DNA from: Eledone cirrhosa
Taxonomy: Eukaryota
Length of the DNA stretch: 64,000 nucleotides
Assembly (NCBI GenBank): GCA_964016885.1
Contig: OZ024741.1
Coordinates: 339,884,001-339,948,000 of the forward strand
Direction of reading: 5' to 3'
The notes under the pieces were generated by a model. That model saw only the letters and a program-made list of their open reading frames with translations. It did no database searches and had not been told where the DNA came from. Shown in pieces: positions 25,512 through 40,891 of the stretch (the first letter of the stretch is position 1; each line of letters starts with the position of its first letter). The translations under genes were made by a program, and so were the position numbers.

Positions 25512-26740
25512 GGAGCGAAGGGGATGTAGAAATAGAATCGACCCCAGTTGTAAACTACCACTTTATTTATCGACGACTTCGAAAGAATGAAAGGCAAAAT
25601 TGACCTCGTCGGAATTTGAAATCAGCGCGGTAGGAGTCGGATCAAATACTGTGAAGTATTCTCGCCAACGTTTCAAAGACTCCGTCACTTCGTTGATTTC
25701 TCTTGGATTAGAGGAGAATAATAAACATGAAATAAAAAGTAAGAAACTAGAAAAGTATAAATACTGTTTTAATAAACTTTTATTGTTGTTGTTATTGTTA
25801 TTGTTGTTTGTACATTGACGGATTTTTTACCCATTTAAAAGACTGCTCTGTGCGATTGTGTGAAGTATGCATGTATATATGTGTGTATATGCTTCCATAT
25901 ATATGTGATGTATGCATAACTATATATGTGTGATGCATGCATGTATATAAGTATATGCATGAAAATATGTGTGTATGTTTGCGTGTATGTGTGTATGTAT
26001 CGCTATATACATCTATACATGTAATTATATGTGTGCCTGTTTGTATATGTTTATATTTGCATGCATGTACGTATGTATGTCTCTATACATTTGCATTTCT
26101 GCGTATATATATAGGTGCATGTATTAATGCATGTCTGGATGTATGTGTGTGAATTTGAATATAATTTAAATGTTTTCAAACTTAGAAATTAACGAAAAAA
26201 TTTTAATTATCAATTTTGGGGGGTTTAATTTATTTGTTTTGTTATATTTCCAAGTTAGGTTTTCATTTTACTCTAATGAAAGATCCAGCTTAATTAATTA
26301 TTCGCCTACTTAATGACAGCAATTAAACAAGTAATTTACATTCTATGACAACAAGCGTGTGAGGCAATTCCACAATGCAGAAAAACCTCACATTGATAAT
26401 CGAAAAAATGAAGTGAACCATTTTCAACCGGATTTCCCACCCCCCACTCTCACTTTATGAGAAGCGACCTAAGTGAAACTTCGAAGTCACTGACACATTT
26501 CTACTTAGAAAAAGTAAATGTATAGTCAACCTACAAATATTGAGTGGTCACTCGGGTAATGTTTGAATGCGTTAAATACCATTGTATAGATAGACGGGAG
26601 TAAAATGGTGAGAGTGGTAGTGTTCTTTAGCCCATGAAACTAAGAAGATATCCAGTAAGCAGCTGACAAGCGGTAATACCTCATGTGTCCGTCTTTTCCA
26701 AGTTTTCTCTGGCCTTCATTTCTCATACGTGTCAATTTTG

Positions 26741-26776
<36 letters not shown>

Positions 26777-26971
26777 ATACTTGGGGAGGGTCATATTTGT
26801 GTAATAATATTGCCAGAATTAATAACAGAACACACTCACTGTTTGGTTGGTTTTCGCTTCTGTGTCTTTTATATCGGTTAATTTAATTTATTCGGTCCTC
26901 AATGTTGCCATTGACTGACTAACGGTCAAAAATACAGATACAATATAGACACAAACACATATATATAGTCT

Positions 26972-27013
26972 AACAAAGTTCTTTCGTTGGACATCTGCAA
27001 CATCGTCAGTGGT
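26972..27013 (-). ncRNA. Hammerhead motif, diverged relative of the 16355 copy
   Basis: ACCA-CUGACGA-U-GUUG-CAGAUGUC-CAAC-GAAA-GAAC-UU-UGUU. The flank at 26772 (TTGTTATACTTGGGGAGGGTCAT) matches 16234. Confidence 0.6.
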
Positions 27014-27391
27014 GCTATTATGTTTCCTCCCGTTGTATTGTATGCCTACGCCATCTTTATTTAGTCTGTTTATTTTTTTTTTTGTCTTCTCTGCGCATGC
27101 GTTTGCGTGTGTGTATAGTGTTTTGTTTGGTGTGTGTTCGTGTTTGGGTGACTGTGTATTGGTTATTGTATTCTATCTTAGTTTACTAGTGTGTGTTTAT
27201 ATGTGTTTGTTTTTATTATGCTTGTGTATGTATTTATTTATATATATATATATATGTGAGAAAAACCACAAACCCTCCATCTCAATTCTACTTTTGAAGA
27301 GCACAAGAACTGCGAAACCAGTAAAGGAACCAAATAAATATATTTAAAAAAAAAAAGACTCCAGTTGCATCTTCGATTTCATTTTTTTTCC

Positions 27392-28030
<639 letters not shown>

Positions 28031-28056
28031 ATATATATATATATTACAAAGTGAGG

Positions 28057-28129
<73 letters not shown>

Positions 28130-28824
28130 TATATATATATATTCGACAGTCGATCGACTTTCGTCAAATTGGACCGAGGAAACAATGTTTCCATTGGTCT
28201 TACCAATTGCTAATACTATATCTATCGCTCGTAACTTCAGGAAGAAGGAACAATGTGAAATAAACCGAACTCACAACCTCACGATTGTCAATCCAATTCT
28301 CTAACCACTCAGCAATGCTTTTCTTAGGATGATCATCCTGCTAACATTACTGACAGCAGAGAAGATGGTGATGGTGGTAATGATGATACTGCCGATGATG
28401 ATGATAATGATTATGGCGATAATGATAAACAATGATGAAGATGATATGGATGAGAAGGAAAGGAAGTAGAATGAGGAGGAGGAGGAGGAGAAGAGGGTGG
28501 AGGGGGAGTTTGTTAATGTTTTCATTGTAATTAATATAGTTGATACCAACATTAATTACTATAATCATCATCATTAACCATCTTCATCATCACCATCATC
28601 ATCATCCCCCTCCTCCTCCCCATCCTCCTCCCCTCCTCCTCCTCCTCCTCCTCCTCATCATCATCATCATCATCATTAACCAATCTATCTGTATCAAAAT
28701 CATTGATGTAATATCTCCAAGATCAGTTATGGCATTTTTCATTACTGCCAACATCGTTATCAGCATTACCACCTCCCCACCACCATCATCATCGTCATCA
28801 CCACCACCACCACCACCATCATCG

Positions 28825-28858
<34 letters not shown>

Positions 28859-28880
28859 AACCATCATCATTATCACCCTG

Positions 28881-28925
<45 letters not shown>

Positions 28926-30144
28926 GTCATCTCCACCTCCACCACCCTCCATCATCATCATTATCACCATCACCATCAACAACAACACCACCGACGGCGA
29001 TGATTGTTTTCTGATTATCTAGGAATTTTTATTTTTAATATATTTTAGGAGGCGGGGTAGTGGTGCTTATTTTGTTTTATTTTATTTTATTCTTCTCCAA
29101 TATTAATTAGTAACAGCTATAGTGGAACTAGTAGCATTAGTATGGACTATTGAGTTACTAATTATTACCGTTTGAAGTCCAGAAGAAGAAATCTGAAGTA
29201 GAACAGCAAACTGATGGATGGACAGATGGTCAGATGGTCAAACTAGTAAACCCTTTTCTGTCTCTCTCATTCTACTTCTCTTTGCTCCCACTTCTACTTG
29301 CTCCTACCTCCTTGCTCCTATCTCTCCTTGCTCGTACCTCCTTGCTCCACGTTATTTTCTACTATTTCCTTTTGATGATCCAATCCAATGTTGAATTAGT
29401 CAAGTAGAACTAAATCTTGGTGTTGCTGTACCGACAATTAGTAAATTAGTCAATTAAAACTAAACTTTGGTTGTACTATGTCTTCAGATCGATACTTCTG
29501 TATTTTCATCATAAAGTGTGTCCACTTGAAAATGAGGAGAAGTGGGGGCAAGAAAAGACAAAACATGTAACTCTATGAGATTGTATTCAATGATAATTAG
29601 GGATTTATTTGTCTATTGACCTTCGAAACGAGCTGCTAATGCAAATGGAATAAAAAGGGGAGGGTAATCTCATTCAAGGTTTGGTTGGTATTAAAATGGT
29701 GATGTAAAGATGAATATCGCATGAGTGGTATAGTGGTTTCATTGCTATTTAATCAGAGCCTTTGAATTGTTATTGTTGCTGCTACCGTTTTTGTTGTTGT
29801 TATTGTTGTTGCTGTTGTTGTTATTGTTTAGTTTCTTATCAACCATGATTCAGCAGATCTAAGATTAAAAGCATTCCAATCGTGACTATTTTGACGCCAT
29901 TTTACGACACCAGCACGTATTCAGAATATTCGAAGCATACTATGAAACCACATAAACGGCCCATAGTTGGCTGGAAGGCTTCACATATTAGAATGTGTTA
30001 AGTAGAGTTAAAGTGACTGGCTTTAGTAGAAGATGAGCAAAAGACTGAAGAAATTGAAAGTAATGAAGTGCAGTGTATCGCAATACTTTCTACTGAGTTC
30101 TGAGTTAACTATCGAAGTTCACTTTCAGATTCAATCCTTTAGAG

Positions 30145-30346
30145 CTGGCATGTTAACCAAGTGGCCCGCAGGCCGCATGCGACTCTCTACAAGCACACCT
30201 GCGGCCCGCACAAAGGTTTTTACAGCGCGAGCGTAATATGGGAAAGAAATATTAGTAATGTGCACAATTAGTTGTCATGTGTGGCCCTCAGACAACACAT
30301 ATGTGACCCATATGGCCGTCAGGGGAGCCTCAGTTTGACATGCTTG
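30145..30346. mobile_element. hAT (Charlie-like) MITE
   Basis: Imperfect TIRs CTGGCATGTTAACC / GTTTGACATGCTTG, subterminal GGCCCGC repeats, 8-bp TSD CTTTAGAG at 30137-30144 and 30347-30354. Confidence 0.8.
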
Positions 30347-30511
30347 CTTTAGAGAATAACATCGATAGAGAAGGAGGCAATAAAATACCTATCAGTAATA
30401 ACTTGAGGTGGGTCTATTCTTTTGAAATCCCTGCCCTCAACAATAACTGGCCTTGCAACCTTAATACGTCACAGGGCTTAACACCAACACCACACCATTG
30501 AGTGCATTTAG

Positions 30512-30790
30512 CAGAGGCGCGTGGCTTAATGGTAAGGGTGTTGGACTTACGATCATAATGTCGTGTGTTCGATTCCTGGGTTGGGTTGCGTGTTGTGTTC
30601 TTAGGCAAAACACTTCATTGCACTTTGCTCCAGTATACTCAACTGAAAATGAGTACCATCAATAGCTGGGGGTTTAATCCTGCGATGGACGGACGTCCTC
30701 TCCAGGGGGAAGTCTTGTACTCTCAGTCACTTCACGCCATGAAACCAGGATAAGCACCGGCCTAACGAGCCTTCTGGCTTAAGACACACT
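30512..30790 (+). mobile_element. tRNA-derived SINE family B with CORE-like segment
   Basis: Box A TGGCTTAATGG, box B GTTCGATTCC, CORE-like GTGTTCTTAGGCAAAACACTTCAT, then CCTGCGATGGAC. Other copies at about 36330-36565(-), 46830-47035(-) and 6196-6320(+, partial). Confidence 0.75.
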
Positions 30791-31268
30791 TTAGATATAG
30801 ACATTCTTTTGCAAGCATTAGGACCAGGTTTCCATGAAAATAGCTACGGGCATTATCCTTCTCTCCATAACTAAACAGTAAGTAAATATATACATTATAT
30901 TATTCTTTTATTGATTTCAGTTATTGATTTCAGTCATTACACTGGTATTAGGCTGGGGCGAGGCCCTGATTCGGTCGATAATTTCGATTCCAATATTTAA
31001 TTTTCCATGCCTAGTACTTATTTCATCGATCACTTTTTGACGATCCACTAGGTTACGAGCCATAATCACACGCGCACATGTACACAAACTAATTCCTTAA
31101 ACAGTCTGACGTACGTAACTCAACAAAGCATTTCAGTCAGTCTCGCTTAGGGAGAGCAATTCGAGAAGGATGCTTCAGACAGGACCGTCTGAAAAGCGTG
31201 TCTAATAACTCTGACCACGGGACCGTCCCTGGAATAAGTGGGTAAAGAAGAATATATATATATATAAA

Positions 31269-31645
<377 letters not shown>

Positions 31646-31651
<6 letters not shown>

Positions 31652-32078
31652 TGTATATATAGTATATTTGGCAATATACTGTATGCTTAATTAAAAACAT
31701 TTTGAAAACCTTGCGCTATTATTTTAAAGCAGTGACTATGTCACTTCTTTTTTCAACAAACAAAGGGAGATAAGCTGACAGATCTGTTTCATATTGTTGG
31801 TAATCATCAGAGCTTAGCACTCACCGATGCCTGTTGAAAATTATAGATGTTGGATTCTTATAGAATTCCAGTAATAATCAGGAACTGATTATACAGAGCG
31901 ATTGCCGGTCCAGCAAAAATGCTCCCTTTGTTTGTTGAAAAAAGAAGTGACATAGTCACTACTTTAAAATAATAGCGCAAGGTCTTCAAAATGTTTTTTA
32001 ATTAATCATACAGCATATTGCCAAATATACTATGTATACATTCATGTATACATCGCTATTTCAGAGCACCAATTCTAA
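31646..32078 (+). mobile_element. Fold-back element in (TA)n
   Basis: Arms about 31646-31769 and 31922-32045. Spacer contains a hammerhead. Tail 32046-32078. Confidence 0.85.
31771..31816 (-). ncRNA. Type I hammerhead motif
   Basis: UAAGCU-CUGAUGA-UUACCAACAAUAU-GAAA-CAGAUCUG-UC-AGCUUA: perfect 6-bp stem I, palindromic stem III, GUC site. Stem II is weak. Confidence 0.75.
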
Positions 32079-32110
32079 TATATATATATATATATATAAG
32101 CGTGGAAGGT

Positions 32111-32154
32111 ATCGTCCTGGCGAAGACTAGTTAAGTCTGAAATGCATCGACGAT
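32111..32154 (+). ncRNA. Tandem hammerhead copy with mutated core (CUGGCGA)
   Basis: Same sequence as 32270-32313 except for one core substitution. Part of a 159-nt-period partial tandem. Confidence 0.7.
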
Positions 32155-32269
32155 TGTCCCCCTTACTTCTGCTGGACGCCACCAGAGGGCGTTAGCCCCG
32201 GTAATTTTTTGCATACCTATGGCTTATATATATATATATATAAGCCATATATATATAAGCGTGGAAGGT

Positions 32270-32313
32270 ATCGTCCTGACGAAGACTAGTTAAGTCTGAA
32301 ATGCATCGACGAT
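32270..32313 (+). ncRNA. Minimal type I hammerhead, intact
   Basis: AUCGUC-CUGACGA-AGACU-AGUUA-AGUCU-GAAA-UGCA-UC-GACGAU: 6-bp stem I, 5-bp stem II, palindromic stem III (AUGCAU). Confidence 0.88.
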
Positions 32314-32476
32314 TGTCCCCCTTGATTCTGCTGGACACCACCAGAGGGCATTAGCCCCGGTGTTTTTTGCATACCTACAGCTTCCTAAATGTTTACCCTG
32401 TAAACATACCGTAATTGTTTAGAAATATGAAATTTCTATACATATCTATATGCAGCTATGCTTGAAGCTAAATCCA

Positions 32477-32515
<39 letters not shown>

Positions 32516-32971
32516 TGTATGTATGTATGCGTCTATATATGTGTGCGAAACGCCAAGGAGGAAAAATCACAGGAGTAAAATACAGGACAATGAAGATATA
32601 TATTAGTTTAACGCTTGATATAGTAGGAAAAGAGTCTTGAGGTTTCGGGTGTTATTCTTTCATCAGAAGTTGGAAGAAGAAATCGAAAGATAGATGATAG
32701 TAAAAGGAGGTATAACATTAAATAAATGTGATCTGTTAAACAACTAAATATACAAGAATTAACACGATCAGTATCTATAAATATAGAAGAAAAAAAAGCT
32801 CTGTATATACATGCATACATATACACATATACTCACAGACTCACATACACACACACACAAATATATATATATATATGTGATATAGATATACATACGTAGT
32901 TGCACAAAAACATATACATTAATAAATACATATATAAATAAAAAATATACATACATATACATATACACACA

Positions 32972-33079
<108 letters not shown>

Positions 33080-33236
33080 ATGTTGAAAAGGTAATACACT
33101 AGAGATATACAGTGCGCTATCAATAAAACAGGGAAAAAAGCACCAGTGTATGGAATCTATAACCTATGAAAGGCAGACTATAGACACGATAATTATTTAC
33201 AGGGAATGGCGAGGCTCTATGGCTCCGTTAATTTAT

Positions 33237-33356
<120 letters not shown>

Positions 33357-33400
33357 GTATATGTATATATATGTATATATATATATATGTATATATACAT

Positions 33401-33812
33401 TATTAAATAAATGGAAACTATATTTATAAAACCATATCTATTTCATTATATATATTTCAGGGATATCATATTAACAATATGCTAAGCCTTCCTCAGACAA
33501 AATACAATATAAACAGTTTTATAGATAAATAGATTCGACATACCGTAACATCTACTTGCATTTGAGAAGGTTGATTTGGTAGTCGAATCTATTTATCTAT
33601 AAAACTGTTTATATTGTATTTTGTCTGAGGAAGGCATAGCATATTGTTAATATGATATCCCTGAAATATATATAATGAAATAGATATGGTTTTATAAATA
33701 TAGTTTCCATTTATTTAATATTGTAAATATACTCCAAGTATTTGTCGAGTGCTTTTATATCAGTTATAAATATTTACTAGTTGTAACCCAACAATTTAAA
33801 TATAACTTTCCA
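33401..33812 (+). mobile_element. Fold-back element in (TA)n
   Basis: Arms 33401-33539 and 33582-33720, near-perfect. Tail 33721-33812. Confidence 0.88.
33617..33682 (+). ncRNA. Type I hammerhead motif (mirror copy on minus strand about 33439-33504)
   Basis: UAUUUUGU-CUGAGGA-AGGCAUAGCAUAUU-GUU-AAUAUGAUAUCCCU-GAAA-UAUAUA-UA-AUGAAAUA: 8-bp stem I with 2 GU pairs, 14-bp stem II with 2 mismatches. Confidence 0.75.
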
Positions 33813-33845
33813 TATATATGTATATATATATATATATATACATAT

Positions 33846-34240
33846 ATATTAATAAAAGGAATTCCAACTTTGTCTGATTTACTCGTTTTATTTACAATCC
33901 TTTAAAATTTATAATGGTATTAGAATGAAATAGTATGGTAGAATATTAAATGTTAAGTGTTAATTGAACAAGTACTTTCATGCTTTCGCAATCTTCAGGT
34001 TCTTAATGTGTGGTGACAGTCAAGTTTGCAATTTTCAACTGTTGAACCTGAAGATTGCGAAAGCATAAAAGTACTTGTTCAATTAACACTTAACATTTAA
34101 TATTCTACCATACTATTTCATTCTAATACCATTATAAATTTTAAAGGATTGTAAATAAAACGAGTAAATCAGACAAAGTTGGAATTCCTTTTATTAATAT
34201 AATCTTCTATACACAATCATACACACCCGTGTATATTTAT
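33846..34240 (+). mobile_element. Fold-back element next to (TA)n
   Basis: Arms 33846-34002 and 34044-34200, near-perfect. Tail 34201-34240. Confidence 0.88.
34042..34082 (+). ncRNA. Hammerhead motif lacking stem II
   Basis: UUGAAC-CUGAAGA-UUGC-GAAA-GCAU-AAAA-GUAC-UU-GUUCAA. The mirror arm has a GAAA tetraloop in stem III. Confidence 0.6.
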
Positions 34241-34431
34241 CTCTCTCTCTCTATATATATATATATATTCATATATACATATACATACTTGTACACACAT
34301 TCATACGGTCACACATACATACGTTCATAAACACATGCATACATTCATTCAAACATACATACATACATACATACATACATACATACATACATACATACAT
34401 ACATACATACATACATACATACATACATACA

Positions 34432-34462
<31 letters not shown>

Positions 34463-34937
34463 GTCTGTATTGAATGGCAAATGAAATAATGTACGTATTA
34501 TGAATGGTTCCTCTATTTGATTCTTCCGCTAACATTGTTAAACTGATGTAAAAAGATAAAAGATAAAAAAAGATACACCCATCAACAATTCCTCCTTTTC
34601 TATATTGCTTTGTACACGACTGCCTCTCTATGTATATGTTGGTTGCCTCTGTATTCGTAGATGCTTGTATGTGAGAATATTTATGTAAATATATATGTGT
34701 ATATATGTGTGTGTGTGTTTGAGTGTGTATGTGCGTGTTTGTATGTGTGCATCTGTTTGAGTGTGTGTAGGTGTTTGTGCATGAACATGTATGAATGCCG
34801 ATTCAACGTATTTGAAGCAAAGAGAAATGTACGAATATTTAACTTGTAAACTGTTTGCTAAGACATATTGTTGTATCGTTGTCATATGATTCCTCTGTCA
34901 CTTCAAATGGAAAATTGAACAGAACACTCGTATAGCG

Positions 34938-35089
<152 letters not shown>

Positions 35090-35474
35090 GTGTATGTATG
35101 TTGGTGTGGTGGTGGTGGCGCTGGTAGTCGTCGTGTTGAATAGGTTAATATCCAAATGCTCTTCTCGCTCACTCAATTTTCAGATGTGTCTCCATCTGTT
35201 TTAATCACATTGTTGAGAAGATATAACTTTTCTGTGAAATTTGTCCGTTGATGTGGCAGTTTTAAAATAAATTATTTTGAATAGATTGCTAGTAACTCAT
35301 TTGCGTAAAGAACATATTCTTAAGTGTAGAGATTGTATTTAGCAGAGAAGCAAAGCTCTAACTCCTTATTCAGTACTGCCTGCCATGCCACGAAATTACA
35401 TATCTGATTCAAATACTTCATGGTCAAGTGGGGAGCAATCCTCAGCATAGGTCTACTGAATCAATTTCGAAGTA

Positions 35475-35930
35475 ACAACATACAGTACTATACTGCACTG
35501 TATATCACTACACTATACTATATACCAAAACACAACACTACACCACACAACACATCACTACACTACACAACACATCACAACACATCACATAACACTATAC
35601 TATACATTATTATACTATACAACGCATTACTATACTACCCGATACATCACAACATAATACAATATAACACTACACCAAACATCACATCAAAACAACATAT
35701 CATTAAACTACACCTTCATATCACAACACAACACTGCACCACACAACACAATAACACACCACACAACACTAGACTATACAACACTACAAAACGCTACACT
35801 ACACTATACGATACTACACAACACCATACAACACTAGACTATACAACACCACACCACAAAACGCTACACTACACTATACTACACAACACCATAGAACTCT
35901 ACACTACACTATACTATACCACACATACAA
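35475..35930. repeat. Degenerate pentanucleotide repeat (CACTA/CACAA/TACTA)
   Basis: Visible 5-bp periodicity. Confidence 0.8.
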
Positions 35931-37639
35931 TGGAGCAAACATAGACAGATAAATGCTTAGCAATTAATAAACCTGATACTGTACAAGTACATTGAAATAG
36001 TAGAAACAAATCTTAGCAAGGGATATTATAGATGTTTTCGATTAATACTTAAAACTAAACGGAATAATAACGAGGAAATATTCGGTATCGATAATCATTT
36101 CAGTAATATGTTTCACTTATTATATTATCAAATAGAAGCAAAGTGAAGTAACGAATTAACAAGACTGAATAGAAAAGAACACGAAGAATAACTTATCCCC
36201 TTTCTAAAAATAAACAATATAAGTTCAATTGCCATAAATACGATGAGATAGGAGTCGTCTGCAACCAGAAAACTGTTATTAATTATCTAGTATAGGTTGA
36301 TAAAACGTTCTCGTAGAGAATCTAAAGTCTAAACTCTGTCTTAAGCCAGAAGACTCATTTGGCCGGTGCTTATAACGGTTTCATGACGTGAAGCGACTGA
36401 GAGTAGAAGACCTCCCCCTAGGCAGGACGCTAGTCCATCGCAGGGTTTAACCCCCAGCTATTGTTGGTACACATTTTCAACTGAGTATACTGGAGCAACA
36501 TGAAATGAAGTGTTTTGCTCAAGAACACAACACGCAACCCAGGTACTGAACCCACGACATTATGCTCGGGGAAATTACGTAAAAGTGACTGGGCATTCCA
36601 CAGACAGGTGTAAACGTAACGTAGTTCTCAGGGATATCAAGTAGGACACAGTGTGCAAGAAGATTGGTCTTTGAATAACAGATACAACCCAACTTTTGTC
36701 AGCTGATTAGATTGTATCAGCCTGAAATAAAGTGTTTCGTTCAAGGACACAATGCATTGCCGAGAATCTGACTAACCACAAAATCACACATACTTTCCCT
36801 TTCATTATGCTGAATAAATGATAATAATATTATACAATAATGCTTTCTTCTCTAAGACCTCCGTCACTCAGGGGTCTAAACTCTCTGGCAAGTTCTTCGA
36901 GTCATAGGCAACGAAATGTTATCGTCTCTTGCGCGAAGACAAATGGTGCCGCCGAGAATGGATCTCACGACAGTGAAGTCGTGACCTGAATACTCCTAAC
37001 CACTAAGCGATGCACATTTATAAGACAAAAAACAAACAAACCACTTCTAGCTAACAGAATACTTTCATTACAATACAAAGATCAGACAAATAAATTTTAA
37101 AAAAAGCGTAACACAGCGCATACTCAAAGCATACAGAGCTGCATTCAGTTATGCACTCAACATTGCAGGGAAAGCACGCAACAACATAACATAAACAATA
37201 ATAACAACAATAACAACAGCAACAACAACAACAAAAATGATAATGATAATAATAATGATATCAATAATAATAATAATAATAATTTGTAAGATAGGCACAC
37301 GAGACCATAGGTTCTGAGGGGTGCGGACGAGGGTAAAAGAATGGTTAATAATATAGATATACCCCTAGCTACCCCCAACCTAATAATACTTGGTACTCAA
37401 TTTCATCGACATGTCACAAGGATGAAAGGCCAAGTTGATGTTTGAAAGCCGGGATTTGAACTCAGAACATAAGGGGTGCAAACGTAAGTAAATACTATAA
37501 AACATTTATGCCCAGCGCACTACAAATTCTATCTATTCACTTCTCTAAATGCTTTGATGGCGGTAATGGTGGTAATGAAGGTCATTATTATTATCAACAA
37601 TAGTATAATTAATTGTAGTACTCATATGTTTATTGCATG

Positions 37640-40255
37640 TCCTCACTACATTACCGAACACAGTTCTGTGTATCTTGGATGTGTGCAGTGTTGTTTTTGG
37701 TGTTGTTATATCTATTGTATTGGGGGTACTCTTGATAACGTGTGCAGTGCATATTAGTGCTATATTTTGGAAGCTGTATATATTTGTAGGTCCTGTGGTT
37801 TGGGTTATGTATCTGTGTTTTTTAACATTCCCAGAGTATTGGTCATGTAAGAGGTTTTAGCTTAGTATTCTGGATATCTGTTTTCAATTTGAATTTTATT
37901 TTTGTCGCAGTTTCTGTTGTTTTTTCTTCTGAGTTTTCATTTCCCTCACAATTATATGTATTTGTTGGATTCCTCCAAGAGAAAAACATTTTTTTTTGTT
38001 TTGTTCATGTTTCGTGGCAACTTGTATTAACTTCATTAGATATTATTCTAATCCTACAGTGATTATTTTATAATAGTTTTCTTCTTATGTTCGTAGTAGG
38101 TGAAATCTTTCTACCTCTGATTTTGGGTGGTGTATTTTAAATGCAGTCATTATTTTTCTTATTTTTCTCTCTAGTCCTGCTAGTTATTTTAGTGTTCTGT
38201 TCAGAATGTTGAAGCTGTAGCTTATTAATAAGGGCGCTAAATTATTAATGCATATTAACTTATTCTTTGCATTTCGTTTAAGCAGTTTTGAAACAAATAC
38301 CATAATGGCACTTTATCCGACGTCCTACCATTACTGTCAATCCACCACCTACGTATATTCACATATATTCATATTTACACATACTATTCAATATACACAG
38401 AGGTGTAAATACACACATAAACACACACACAGATAGGTTTAGTCTTAAAGTTAATGTTTTCCGTATGTTTTTCTAACCTTCCAGAAGTCAAATGAAGCCC
38501 GGAGCTTGTCATTGTTTCATTGGTATTAAGCAATTGAGAGTTCAAGACACAGCCTTCCATAGCTAACTCTACCAAAAAAATCTGTTTGTCTGTCTCTCTG
38601 TCAGTCTTAAGCTCAGATGTTTGTTAGGCCAGTGCTTATCGTTTTGTCTAATTCGTCTATAGTATTCATTTGTAATCTTTTCTAGTGTGTGTTAAACCCG
38701 TTTAGTCCATTGATTGCTAAATATTTGTATTTCTGTGTTTGATCTAATTCTCTAATTTCAGTTACTTTATCTAGCGTGATATTAGTGTTTTTCACTAGTC
38801 TCCCTCTCTTCAGAGATGCCTTGATGCATTTTTCTAGTCTATATTTCATGCCTATTTCTTTTGTGAATCCATGTACTGTCTGCAGTTGTGTTTCAAGTTG
38901 TCTCTCATCTGCAACGTACAGCTTTATATCATTAATTTTCCTTAGCATAGCATTTACAACCAAGTCCAGTCCTGTTTAGTATCTCAGAAAACTAGGCAAA
39001 AGAGGAATGGTTAAAGGGAGTCCCCTTGAAATATCCCTCTGGTAATAAGTCCATATTTCGTTTGTAACAGTAGAACTGTTTGCCACTTACTCATGGCATA
39101 TTTAATGAATGTTTTTAATGTTAGCGCTACTTTGTTTATGGCTACTGTGTTCATTATCCATGCATAGAGAACACTGTTGAAAACCTTCTGGTAATGAAGC
39201 CATGTCAAACTGAGATAATTTCTTACTTTTTCTGTAGTTTTTTGTTATGACTTGGTTGATAAGTAATTGATCATTACAATCATGTGAGCCTTTACATCAT
39301 CTTTTCTCTATTTCTCTATTTCCTGGACTGCTTGGTCAGTTTTTGTGTTATCATTGCAGTTAAGCTCTTGAAGGTTGTAGGAAGGCATGTTATGTATCTG
39401 TAGTTTTGGGGGATTGTTGTGTCTTTATTCTTGGGGATCATGGTGGTTGTCATTTCTGGCTCCGACAGCATCTCACTAAACTATTTTGCAAGAACATCAT
39501 GTGTCGTTGTTAAATATATTTCAGCCAGAAGTTTGAGATTTTGTTATATCCCAGTGCCTTCCAGTTGTTTGCTTTTTTCAGTGTGTTACACACTTCCTCT
39601 GTGTGATGTCTTCCCACACATGTTCAGGGGCTGTGTTTGTTATTCTAACTAGTCCTTTGCGTGACGATTCCCCTGCTGCTCACAATCCTCCCCAGAACTT
39701 TTTCATTTCTTTTACTGTCGAGGCTACAATTAGCTCTATTTTGCTTCTTCTAAGTTCCTGGTAAAGTCGCTTGGGGTTGGAATGAAAAGCTTTTGGTGTG
39801 TTTTCATATCTCCGAATTCTTTGTGTCTTTGTGGCTATTTGTTGTTTTAGGTATTGTTTAGTTTCAGTGATTTCCATTTTTATTGAATTATATTTTTATA
39901 AAATTTTATATATTTTTACTTTCTTCCCTTTTCCTAGTTGTGTTGTTCTCTCTCCTATTTCATTTAAGATTGAGAGGTATTTTCTTTTATTTTCTATCTT
40001 TTTTGTATCTTTGATTTCCATGTTTCTGTGGGTTTTTACTATCTGTGTACTCTAAGGAAAAACCCACTTTTTTATGTAACACAATGGCTGCTGTATATAA
40101 TATTATATAATGTTATTTAGCTTTGTGATATTGATGTTTCTGTTTGTGTTATGTCTATGTTGACCAGGTTAGCGTTTATTCTTATTAACATTATTATTTG
40201 TTCGTGTTTCGTCTTCCTTCAGTTTTGTTTCCTTTTATTTCTTCCTGATACCTAA
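37640..40255 (-). mobile_element. Degraded R4/Dong-like LINE
   Basis: RIRRYE, RGIFQGDSL, DDIKLY-like, EIGMKYRLEKC, QKYKYL and a terminal KIALICTAHVIK. Abuts (TTA)n at 40278. Confidence 0.7.
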
Positions 40256-40275
40256 GGTAAATAAACTCACAGAAA

Positions 40276-40321
<46 letters not shown>

Positions 40322-40384
40322 TTACGAGCAGGTCACTCCGTTGTCTGTTGTTCTAACCGATGAATTTCAAAATCTCACATGTAA

Positions 40385-40440
<56 letters not shown>

Positions 40441-40827
40441 CTTACACCACAACAAGAACCAACTACATACAACAAACCTAATCCAGTAAAAATATACCAC
40501 AGAAAATACATTTACCCAGATAAATAAAATTTGATTAAACCTACAAGAGAAAAACTGCCCGTATTCCACGCAGTATCAAAGACGTTATTCAATACATAGA
40601 AGCGTTACTTAAACGACCCCACTCAACAATTAAGTACAACAAACTTAAACTAGCCTAAAAATACACCACGCAAAACATAATTACCTAATTAAACAAAATT
40701 GAAATTAAATTGCCACTATATATAGATATATAAATGTGTGTGCGTTTGTGTACATATAAATGTATTGCATGATAGAGTGTACCGATTGTGTTTGTACCGA
40801 TTGTGTTGTTATTTCTGTTTAGCTTTT

Positions 40828-40886
<59 letters not shown>

Positions 40887-40891
<5 letters not shown>

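Noticed and set aside
30512-30585. tRNA gene
   Set aside because: It continues into a SINE body found several times in the window.
31930-31985. Hammerhead around the AAAGAAGTGAC-ATA-GTCACTACTTT hairpin
   Set aside because: The flanks read TTGAAAA and AAAA rather than CTGANGA and GAAA, and no clear stem I is present.
33401-34200. Palindromes as amplification or assembly chimeras
   Set aside because: Arms across the window carry substitutions and indels and have a stereotyped one-sided tail and ribozyme content. A check against raw reads is still advisable.
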